DNA from: Cyanophora paradoxa CCMP329
Lineage: Eukaryota > Plantae > Glaucophyta
Assembly: GCA_004431415.1 (NCBI GenBank)
Contig: QPMI01000005.1
Coordinates: forward strand, 434,001-498,000
DNA length: 64,000 nt
Reading direction: 5' to 3'
Below are positions 10,244 to 21,900 of this stretch, one piece after another. A program made the translations under genes and the position numbers. The notes beneath the pieces are model-generated. The model did not search any database and had not been told where the DNA came from. It worked only from the letters and a program-made list of their open reading frames with translations. Each line of letters begins with the position of its first letter. The first letter of the stretch is position 1.

Positions 10244-13200
10244 TTACGCAACGAAGGCCTTGCAATACGGCGGCTTAAAACAACTACAGGAAAAGGCTTC
10301 GGGGAGGCGGAAAAGATTCTGCAGGATCGATACCGGCGCACCCCTATCGAAGTGATCGGGGAGCTCGAAAGACCTGGCAGGTTGGCCAGGCGCGGACGTA
10401 CAGGAGCCATAAACTAGCCCTTGCTCTAGCGCTATGAAGAAGAGAGACATCATCAGAGAAGCACTCATCAAAGAGCCTGGAGAAGAGGGATGTATGGCGG
10501 GGACCTGAAAGCGCCTCGGGCGCCTTCGCCTGTCCCGCCACGTATTGCAACTCCCCGGCACGAAGGTTCCGCCTAAGGCGACAGGTGCCGGGGCGGGGCG
10601 TACTGAATCACGGCCTGGCGCACGGCAAGTCGCTCCCCCGAGCGCGGCCGGGGCCTTGCAGGTGCGCACCGTGCTGTTCCCCATCGAGACGCGCCTTGCG
10701 CGCCCGGCGTCACCTAGGGCGCGGGGGTGGCGCGGGGGCGGGACGAGGGCGGCGCGGGACACCACTGGAGACGTAGGCGAAGGGGCGCGGGGGTGGCGCG
10801 GGGGCGGGGCGAAAGCGGCGCGGGACACCGCCGGACGTCTGTGCGGCGTTTTGCCGCCCCGCGGGGGTCGGGCGGGGCGGGGCGGTATGGGGTCGCCGGG
10901 ACCCCGCGGGGCACCTCGGAGATGTCGCTCTCCACGAGGTCGAGCACGCCGCCCGTCTGCGCCGAGACCGCCCCGCCGCCTCGCGGGGCGCGGCGGGGCG
11001 CACTGGCGGCGGAGTTGCGGGCGATGGTGCAGCGGCGGGGTGTAGATGGCCGGCCCCTGGCGGGCGCCGGGGCGGGGTCAGAGCTCGCACAGAGCTCAGG
11101 CTCGGAGGGGCGGGGACCCGCGTAGACGGCCGTCGTGTTCCCCGTGAAGCTCGAGGCCTGCCGCCCCGTTCGAGGGCGCGGGGCGCGGGGGGGGGCGGGT
11201 CCCAGGGCGCGCCTCGATTCTCAAAGAGGCAGCGGAGTCGCCGGGGGCGTAGAGGCGCAGAGGGCGCCGCTGCCGCCTCTGTAGTTCTGCGGGGGCGTGA
11301 GGGGCGGCGAGGGCGGGGGCGGAGGCGCCGGGCCTCCTCGAACCTGCATTTGGAGAAGGCGTGCGGGCCCAGCGCCCCCTGCCGGCCCGGCGCCGTCAGC
11401 CGGCCCCAGCCCGACCGGGCCGGCGTTGGCCGAGGCCGAGGGCGCACCACGACCGCCACGGCCGCGCAGTCGCCGAAGGCTGTGCGGGCGACCGTGAGGC
11501 GCGGGAGAGGCGGGGCTGGGCGGCCGGGGCGGGCCTCGGTTCCTGCGGAAGACGGTCCCCGAGACGGTGGCGGCCGAGGCGTCGACGACGACGAGCGCCG
11601 CGTCGTGGCCCGTCCCCGCGCCGTCCGCCGTCGCCCCGGCCGCTGCCGCCGGTTGGGCGGGTGGGGGCGGGAGAGAGGGGCGGGGGCCGGACCGACGGCG
11701 TTGTAGGAGAAGGAGGAGTCGGAGAGGGCGAGGGAGGTGGCGGTGGAGGCGTAGAGGGCGGAGCCCGAGGCGGTCGTCGCCGAGGCCCCCGGCACGGTCC
11801 TGTTCCCCGCGAAGACCGACCCCGAGATCGCCACCAGCTTCGCGTTCCCCAGGTAGAGTGCGCCCCCGTACCCCGCCGCGTCCGCCGGCCCCGCCACTGC
11901 GCGCCCCGCCGTCCACGGAGCGACGGGGCGGGGCGCGGAAGCGGGCGGGCCGGCGAAGTTGGCGGTGATGTTGCAGCGGGAGGTGGTGAGGGAGGTCGTT
12001 GTGCTGGCGTACCTGATCGTAGCCCCGCCCCGCCGCGTGAGGCGCGCGGTGGCGGGGGGCGGGGCGGGGCGGCGTGCTCAAGGAGGAGGAGAAGGCCGCG
12101 CCCGGCGGGCCCCCGCTACCCCCGCTTGTGGGGATGACCGCCACGGCGCCCCTAAGGCCCGACCCGAACTTGCCCGTCGAGTTTCCCTGCACCGTGTTCC
12201 CTTCGACGTAGAACCCCCGGATCGTCACCTGGCCCCCGCCCGTCCCGGCCTCGGCGGCCGGCCCCGGGGCAGCGAAGGGCGCTATGCGGCGGGGCGCGCA
12301 CGGCTGCGGGGCTGCAGAGGAGAAGGGCGCCGCCCTGTGGGACCGCCTGGATCGTCGAGGTGGTCGTCGTCGCGTACACGGCTTCCGGCCCCGCCGCCCC
12401 CACGCGTGCCCCGTCAGCGCGCGGGGCGGCGGGGCCGGGCAGCGGGCGGGACCCGTGCGCACTGCCGGTGTTGTTGTAGAAGAGGCTGCGCGGGGGGCCG
12501 TCAGGGGACCGGTGAAGAGGCCCCGCGCGGTGGCCGGCGCGGCGGATCGCACCTGTCGGCGATTTTGGCGGGGACGGCGCCGTACACGGCAATGGCGCCA
12601 CCCCCGACGGCCCGGTTCCCCAGGAAGCGGCACGCGGAGACGAGCGCCGTCGAGTTCGAGCTCGTCGCGTAGATCTGCTCGCGCGCGCGCGCCGCCGTTG
12701 GGCGCCGCCGCCGCCCAAGGCCGCCGCTGGGCGGGCCGCGCACCATGAGGGCGCCGTCCCAGCAGTACTTGCCGTCGTTGGGCAGGCTCGCCTCGTTGGG
12801 CGAGAGCGGCGCGCCGCCCGTCACCGTCAGCCCCTCCACGGTCAGCGCCGGCGCGGAGTAGGTGAAGAGGAAGCGGCGACCGAGGGAGGAGCAGTCGACG
12901 GCGGTGGCCGCGGCACCTTCCGGAAGGTCGGGCCCCTCGAGGCGCCCCGGCAGCGCGTTCACCACCTTGAAGGCTCCGAGCCCGCCAGCGCCGCCAAGGC
13001 CGCCTGCGGGCCGTCTCAGCGCCCCGGCGCCAGCGGCGGGCGCGGAGCGCGGGCCTGCATCGTCGCGAAGGGGCGGCCGATGTCGCCCACAGCGCCCGCC
13101 GAGTCGTTTCCCCAGGCGGCCACGAAAGACTGCGCCCCGGCGCCGCGCAGAAGAGCGGCCCCAGGGCCCCCGAGGAGACGGCGCCGCAGTCTGAGGGGGC

Positions 13201-13529
13201 CGTGAGCTGCGGAGCGGGGGCACCTGGGACAGCGCACCGGGGTCCGCGGCGCCGCATCCGCAGTCTGCGGCGCACGAGCGCCTCAGCCGGGCCTCGGCCA
13301 AGGGCGGGAAGCGGGCGCGGGCACCGCAGATGCCGAGGCGGCGCAGGTCCACTGTTGGAGAGCATCCGAGGCCATGCAAAGGACTGCAACCCACCACGTG
13401 GGCACCGGAATCGCGGCAACGAGCAAGCCAAATGCGTACCTGCCACCAGGACGAGGAGTCCACCGAGCCATGGCGGGCGAATTCGAAGCGCGGGGCCGCG
13501 GCCGGCGGGGGCTGGCGGCGCTGTCCCAT
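10244..13529 (-). CDS. Pmp-like right-handed beta-helix repeat protein (GGA[I/L]...FxxN repeats); exact ends uncertain
   Basis: Exons encode VAAWGNDSAGAVGDIGRPFATMQ, CRFLGNRAVGGGAIAV, GYGGALYLGNAKLVAISGSVFAGN, SFSYNAV and TVFRRN. Confidence 0.6.
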
Positions 13530-13701
13530 GGCAGGCGTATGCTTATTTATGGCTAGCTAAGCGCGCGCGTGCGCGTCTTTGCACGTCAAAGAGATGGACA
13601 CGCGAGTTCTCGAGCTGCTGCCAGCGCTCGAGTTGCTGTCGCTCCCGTGGACGTCCCTAAATGGGTCGGCAGCACTCTGCATACCTACCTAAACCAAGTG
13701 C

Positions 13702-14858
<1,157 letters not shown>

Positions 14859-15558
14859 CGAATTTTCCCGCTCCTTTGCCCACCTGAATTGCTGCCTTGC
14901 ATCGTCCAGCTGGATCAAGCATCTCGTCCGACAAAATTGCCAAGTTGCCACGCCCAAGCTCTTGCGATCGTCAGGTAGGGATCTCCAGGGGATCCTTCCC
15001 TCGTGGGTCCCATCAATTGGAACAGCATACTTGGAACTTCCCTCGTGCGCCCCATCACTTAAGCTTGGATACATATCAATATCGCCCCCCCCCCCCCCCC
15101 CCCCCCCCCCACCCCCCCCTCCCTCCCCGCCAGCCACCCGCCCCCCCTGCTGTTCCCCCCCCCCCCCCCCCCCCCCTCCCCTCTCAGGCCCGCATGCGCA
15201 AGCACCCTCCTCTCCGGATCCTCTCCTCGCGATTCAATGATTGCGGTTCTCTTCAAGGCTCCGGATCCTCCGGATCCTTCCCTCTAGATCTTTAATTGCA
15301 AGGGGGGGTACCCCCTCCCTTGCTCCCCTGGTGAGTTGGTGCGGCGTACTTTCTGTGTTAGCAATTTTTGTAAGATGTGATTCTTTGCATGCGCTCTCGT
15401 ATAGGTGTGATCGCATCGTAGCCGCTGCGAGCGGCGGAAAAAAATGCAGGGGCGTGGCTGCGCAAACATGTCGAGCTCGCTCCTCACCTACTATTGCTAT
15501 ACGCGCCGGACCACGTGCTTCTGATTGCTCTCAATGCGCTCTACAAACTCTGTCATAC

Positions 15559-16129
15559 ATGCCCGGGCCCGAGAAGCGGCGTGCGGGCGCTAGACCGCCT
15601 CAAGTACCTGTTGTACCGGGCGCCGGAAAAAAGCGCTCCTGCGAGTTGGAGGAGATCGTGTTGCCGTACCCGTACTTCGTTCTCCTGCGTCGTCATGGCA
15701 CTTCGCCCGGGTCCGCGGCCGACAGACGTATTCGCAAGCGAAGTTGAGCTTTGCCCGAGCTTGCAGCCTTGCTCCAACCCGCGCGGCTGCCATCCGGGCG
15801 ACAAATGCACTCGCTGCGGGAAGCACTTCACTCGGCAAGACAACCTGTACAAGCACGTTCGTCAGTGCAGGAAGAAGGCGCCCGCGACGTCGCGTTCCGG
15901 TGCGCGCCGCTTGGCCGAGTGTGCGCCGATGGTTCTGAGTAACCGGCGCCCGCCGCCCGCAGAACCGAGCTCGGCGATTGCGATCGTTTCAGACATTCCA
16001 CGTTCTTGCCAGATGGAAGGCCTAGGTGAGCTCGCGCGCCTCCCGGCAATCCCGAGCTGGGCATGCAGACTCGAGCTCGCCGACGGCTTTGACAAGGCCG
16101 CTCGGGTGCAGATCTTGCCATGTCGTTGA
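15559..16129 (+). CDS. Small zinc-finger (C2HC) ORF or fragment inside the Helitron-like element
   Basis: CTRCGKHFTRQDNLYKHVRQC at 15806-15868 is C-x2-C-x12-H-x3-C with the conserved F and L. Possible ATG 15559 plus an intron. May be a remnant. Confidence 0.5.
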
Positions 16130-16369
16130 GCAACTCGTCTTGCGCATCTTCTAGATCCCATCCGGACGGCCGGACCGAATGCGTGGCTTGACCCGCGGCC
16201 GGCGCTCCGTACTAGCTGTACTACGGTTGCGGAGGGTGGCGGCGTCGCAGTATGCGCAGCTGCTCCTAGTACCGTAGTACGCCGCGCCGGGCTGCTTTCC
16301 TGCCCGCTGCTCCCAGCTGCTCCGCGCGCCCGCTGCTTCAGCATCTGCTCCCTGCCCGTCGCCCCGCCC

Positions 16370-16770
16370 GCTGCTTCAGCTTCGTCGACTCCAGGTTCGC
16401 CCCGCCGGCGCCGCTGCTGCCGCGCGCGTCACCCGGCCGACCTCGCTGGGCCCTGCGCCCGCACGGCCGCTGTCCGGGGCGAGCTGACGCCTCGGCCCTG
16501 CGCACGCAGGCTACGCGCAGGGCCCGGCGCCACCTGTCGCTCCGCCCGCTTCCCCGCCCGCCGCCCTGTCGGCTGCTTCAGCTTCGTCGACTCCAGGTTC
16601 GCCCCGCCGCTGCTGCTTCGCAACTGACCCGCCCGCCTCCGCTGGGCCTCGCCCCCGCACGGCCGCTGTCCGGGGCGAGCTGACGCCTCGGATCTGCGAA
16701 TGCGCAGGCTACGCGCAGGGCCCGGTGCCGCCCGCCCTCCCGCTTTCCCGCCCGCCGCCGCCCTCGCCTG
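16370..16770 (+). repeat. About 200-bp tandem duplication (2 units) inside the element
   Basis: Both units start GCTGCTTCAGCTTCGTCGACTCCAGGTTCGCCCCGCCG (16370, 16572) and share CCGCACGGCCGCTGTCCGGGGCGAGCTGACGCCTCGG and GCAGGCTACGCGCAGGGCCCGG. Confidence 0.9.
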
Positions 16771-17379
16771 CCCGCCCGCCTGGTGCCGCCGCCCGCGTCG
16801 CCACCCCACCTACCCGCCTCGCCCGGCCGCCCGCCTTGCCTCTCTAGCTGCCCCCTCCGCCCCCCTCCCCTGCGCCCCCCGCCTCCCCCCAAGTACCCTG
16901 CAATGTGTACCAGTACCCCCCCTTGCACCTCCGCGCGCGGCCCGCACTTGCCGCCGCACTTGCACAGGGCCGGGCGCGGTCTGCTAGTTTAAGCTCCCCT
17001 CCGAGGCTCCTCCATTTATACCACTTCCGAAGTACGGGGATCAGGATCATTGACCGGCATCTCGGCTCAGCCTGGCCGAGAGCTCGAGTGAAGGTCGGGT
17101 CCAAATTCTTAAATGAAATTAAACCTCGCCGAGAGCATGTCGTTCGTCCTTTTATAATTATGAATAAAACCCTTGCAATTGGCCAGCCGGATCCGGAGCA
17201 TATGTGAGCAGCACTATTACTGAGCCGCGTTCACCTGATCATGAAGTCGGTTTTCGCATTGCACTGGCTATCGCTATAGCTACCTACCTGACCGTCTAGC
17301 TATATAGCTTGACAGGGTATGGGGGGGGAGAAATTAAAGGTGGACTGGTCTAAATACAGCTGTACAGCATGGGGGGCGG

Positions 17380-18902
17380 CTACTTGACGGCGTCCATGAG
17401 GAGGGCGACGCCGGCGAGGATCCACTTGGTCTGCGGGTGGCGCGTCTTGAGGCCGGCGGCGAAGACGTACGTGGGGCCGCGCCGCTGCGTCTTGTAGACG
17501 GGGCAGACGTAGGAGTCGCGCTGCTCGGCGGAGTCGGCGGGCACGGCCTTGACGTGGATGACGGGCATGCGAGCGTAGAGCTCCTTGGGGCGGGAGTCGT
17601 CGAGGGAGCCCTTGGAGTCGTCCCAGCGGGCCCCCTCCAGGATGAGCCCCGTGATGTACGCGCCCTCCCGCGCCGGCATGTCGATGTCGTCCGGCTGCTT
17701 CCTCGTCACCTGCGCGCGCGCGCCGTCAGCCGCCGCGCCTTGGGCTTGCTTCTCGTCGGCCCGCTCGGCGCCGGCTGGCGCGCACCTCGGTCTGGATGAG
17801 GGTGCGGTCGAGGGCCCACTCGTTCTTGCGGGCCGTCGTTTGCATGACGGCGGTGAGGAAGGACTGCGGGTTGAAGAGGCCGGAGAGCCAGGTGACCTTC
17901 GGGAGGCCCGGGTCCTGCGTCCACTCCTGGTACTGTTTGTATCGTTCCAGCAGGTTCACCAGCCACGACGCCAGCGGCCGCAGCGACGGGTACGCGTAGC
18001 GCTCCCACGAGCCCGGCACCTGCGCGCCCCCGCGTGAGGGCAGCGTGCGGGGCGGGGCGGGGCGCGGGGACCTTGTCGTCGAAGAGGGCGCGCATGAGCT
18101 GCTCCATGGGCTCCGAGATCGTCAGGTCGCCCTTCAGGCCCAGATCCAGCTCCTGCAGCGACCGCACCACCTGCCGCCAAGCCTCAGCCGGCGGGTCAAG
18201 GCGGGGAGGGTGGCGGGCCACCTCGGCGCGGAGGGCGATCATGCGCTCGATCTCCTGCAGGAAGACGTTCACGTAGGGCGTCCGCTCCTCGATGTTCGCC
18301 GCGATCTCGTGCAGGTTGAACGCCTCCGGCATCTGCCGCCGGCGTGGCGACCGGGGTTCGGGCACCGCGCGGGGCGCGGCGCTTGGCGTCGCGCGCGCGG
18401 GGGGCGCCGGCACCTTGTCGAGGATGTCGTCGAGGGCCTGCTTGGCCTTCTCCTGCACGGACATGCCGCCGGCGGCGGGGCCGGCGCCGCCCCGCGGCTG
18501 CAGCTCGAGGATCTCCTTGAAGAGCGTCTCGCCCTGGCGCGGGCGTCAGCGGCGGCTGCACGGGGCGAGGCGGCCCCCGGGGGCCCTGGGCCCCACCTGG
18601 GCGAGGCGGAAGCCGATCTCGGCGTTGGGGTGGAGCCCGAAGGCGACGGGCGTCTCCGGCGGCATCCGCTCCTCCACGTGCCGGATGAACGAGCGGAAGG
18701 GGTGGCCCCACGACTTGGGCGTCGTGAAGCCCGGCCACAGCTCCGTCCCGTCGATCAGTTCGTCCCGCATCAGCGTCGTCAGGTACGCGTTGCACAGCCG
18801 CCGGTCCCAGTCGTCCGTGATGTGGCCCCCGTACATGATCTCCCCGAAGATGTACCTGCCGGCCCCGTGAGGCGGAGAGAGGAGAGGAGGCGGTGGGGAT
18901 GG

Positions 18903-18935
<33 letters not shown>

Positions 18936-21900
18936 TGGGGGCGGGGTTGGAGAAGGGGGGTCCGGGGTCCGGGGGGGGGGGGGGGGGAAGGGGAGGGGGA
19001 GGCGGGGGGGGGGGGGACGAGGGGCGGGGGGCGGGGCTGGCTCGCCTGAGGTCCTCCCAGGGGATCTTGGCGCCGGGGCCGCCCACCTCGAGGTAGTTGT
19101 TCGTCACCATCGCCGACGAGGTTAGGTCCCCGACGTTGAACGGGTAGAGCCCGTTCCAGCCCTGCGCGGCGCGTCGCCCGCTGAGCGAGCGGGCGCGAGG
19201 AGAGGGTCAGGCGGGGCACCATGGCGCCGAACTTCTTGCGCTCGACGACGATGGCGTGGAAGAGGCAGAGGGCGAAGGTGATGGCCTTGTACTCGCCCTG
19301 CTTGTTGCTGTTCTCGAACATCTCGTCCGTGAAGGTCGCCAGCGCGCGCGAGACGTTCATCCGCAGCCCGTCCGGCGGCTCGTTCGTGAGCTTGACGCAG
19401 CCCTGCAGGATGGAGACGGGCATGTCGTTGAGCGGGGTCGGCTCGGCGGAGAGGAAGAGGCGGAAGTTCTCGTGGGCCCCCGCGGCGATCTTGTCGAGGC
19501 GGCGCTCGAGGAAGCCCGAGGTCCAGCGCGGCGTGAGGTGGATGTTCTGCAGGATGACCCACCCGCCGTGCGCGTGCGCCTTCTCCAGCGCCCGCTCCGC
19601 CACGGGCTCCTGGCCCTGCCCGAGCGAGACGAGGACGAGCTTGCCGCTGTCCTGCGTGTACCCGAGCTTCCTGCCGAGGAGCTCGACGTCCTTGACGGGG
19701 TCGACGCCGGGGGAGAGGATGAAGAAGACGGGGCGGTCGGGGCGCGCGTCCTCGAAGGCCTCCTCCAGCGTCGGCGGCTGGCTGTTCACGAAGCGCTCCC
19801 CCAGGTAGCCCTTGACGAAGCCGCCCATCGCCTCGACCATGCGGTCGGGGCGGATGCACTTGACGATGAGGAGGCGGTGGAAGTCGGGGAGCTTCTTCCA
19901 GTCGCCGGGCATCGGCTCGTGCTCGGGGCGCTCCACCTCGCTCCACTCCCGCCACCGCTTCGCCGACCCCTCGATGTCCGCCGCCAGCGACTCGAACGCC
20001 TCGTGCTCCTTCAGCACCTGCCCCGCCCCGCCTCAGCGCCCCGCCCCGACCGGGCGCCGCGCCCCGGCCGGCGGACCTGGATGCCGGACCAGCCGACGTC
20101 CGTCATCCACTCGGCGCACGGGTTCTCGTCGGCCGGCGCGGAGGGCCCGCGCAGGAGGAAGCTCAGCAGGTCCGGCTCGACCTCGTTGCCCTTGACGAGG
20201 ACGAGGAGGCAGAGCTGGACGGCGAAGGTGATCTTGTGCCGCTCGAAGAGGCCCGCCGCCACCGCCGCGTACACCGTGTAGAGCACCTGCCGGCCCCGTC
20301 GGCCCGGGCGCTCGCGCGGGGGGCGGGGCGGGGCGGGGCGGGGCGGGGCGGGGCCGCACGGCGTCGATGAGGGCCTCGACGCGCTCGTCGAGCGCCTTGG
20401 CCGCCGGCGCCTTGTCCATCCCCTTCCGCATCAGGTACACGAACCACGCCATCGAGAACTGCCGCCCGCCCCAGCCTCGGTCCCGCGCGGGGCGGGGCGG
20501 GGTGGGGCGGGCGGGGCGGGGCGGGCCTGGTACATGTGGTCGAGGACGCAGAGGGAGTCGACGAGGAAGTAGGCGAGGGAGCCGCGGACGGCGACGGGGC
20601 GGTAGGCCTCGCGCGCCGCGTTGATCTGCACCTCGGTCTCCTTGGCGAGGACGACCTTGTCGGCGATCTCCTTGGCCGTGCGCTTGTTCTCCTCCAGGTT
20701 GTTGATGAGGTCGACGTCCGAAAGGATGTCGCCCTGCGCGTTCGAGAGGCGGAACAGCAGGTTGTCCTCCAGCTCCTTGATCTTGATCTTGAAGTCGTTC
20801 TGCTGGTGCAGCAGCTCCGCCCGCTGGTGCTCCAGGTCCGGCCGCTCCTTGTTTACGACCATCGCTAGCAGCTGCTCCTCCAGGCCCTGCTCCGTCACCG
20901 TGAAGTTGATGAGCGTGCACTGCGCGGCGATCTCGGGGCGGTAGTGCGGGTTGGAGAGCTTGGTATGGAGGAAGAGGCGGAAGTTGGCGTCCCACTCGAC
21001 CTCCCGGTCCCCGATGCGGACGACGGTCGCGCGGCCCCGCTTGATGAGGGCCCTCGAGAGGACGGGCTCGAGCACCGCGTCGATGCTCTCCCCCAGGTTC
21101 TCGATCAGCACCGGCGTGCCGTTCTGGATGCACTGCTCGATGGCGTCCACGTACTTGGGCTGGCCCTGCTGCAGGATGCGCAGCCCGTTCTTCTCCTCGC
21201 GCTCGCGGATCCAGCGGATGCCCTGCAGCTGGGGGTCGATCATGAGGGGCCACCGGCTGCAGTTGCACACGATGGCCCCGTTCTCCACGGAGAGCTGGTC
21301 GCTCGGGAGGCCCTCGTTCGCCCAGCGCGCGATCTCCGCCTCGTCCGTCAGCTTCGCCATCGGCGTGATGCCCTCCGTGAGCGGGATCTGGTGCTCCACC
21401 AGGTCCGGGATCCACCGCTCGAAGACCAGCTGGCTCCGGTACCTCGCCGAGAACGCCCCGATGTAGGAGACGAAGGCGGCGGCGAGGAGCATGTCGCCGA
21501 CGAGCGTCGACTCGATCTTGCTGAACTGCTCGATGGTCTGCGTCCAGCGGACCTTCTCGTCGGAGAGGCCGTTGACGAGCCGCTGGGCGATGTCCGCCCG
21601 CTGCTGCGTCTTCTCCGCCACCGCCATCGCCGCGTTCTTCTCCTCCGTCGCGTGCTCGAAGGTCGCCGTCAGCTTCGCCAGCTTCGCCTCCAGCGTCGCC
21701 ACCTTGTCCCGGTCCTTCTGCAGGATCGCGTTCGCGTCCTCCAGCTTCTTGTTCGCCTCCGCCAGCTTGTCCCGCTTCGGCTGCACCTTCTGGTAGATGC
21801 GGAAGTACTTGCAGATGTTGATGCACCACTGCGCCGGCGTCGGCGAAGGGGCGCTCGGGGCGGAAGGGCGGGCGGGGGGCGGACCTTGCAGAGGCCGGAG

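Larger units (their letters stand above)
15289..16987 (+). mobile_element. Non-autonomous Helitron/Helentron-like rolling-circle element
   Basis: A|TC at 15288/15289 and CTAG|T at 16984-16987/16988. Perfect 15-bp subterminal inverted repeat TGCAAGGGGGGGTAC (15297-15311) / GTACCCCCCCTTGCA (16913-16927). 3' GC stem 16931-16943/16967-16979 (12/13 paired). No target-site duplication. Confidence 0.72.

Noticed and set aside
14860-15085. Short minus-strand ORF with a DGxHEG repeat (42-bp period) beside the microsatellite
   Set aside because: No recognisable domain or credible start. Removing the Helitron does not restore a convincing longer ORF.
18856-19045. Long poly-G/poly-C tracts (also near 9115, 15085, 50100, 62430) as functional G-quadruplex elements
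   Set aside because: Lengths are unreliable in the assembly and there is no evidence beyond composition.
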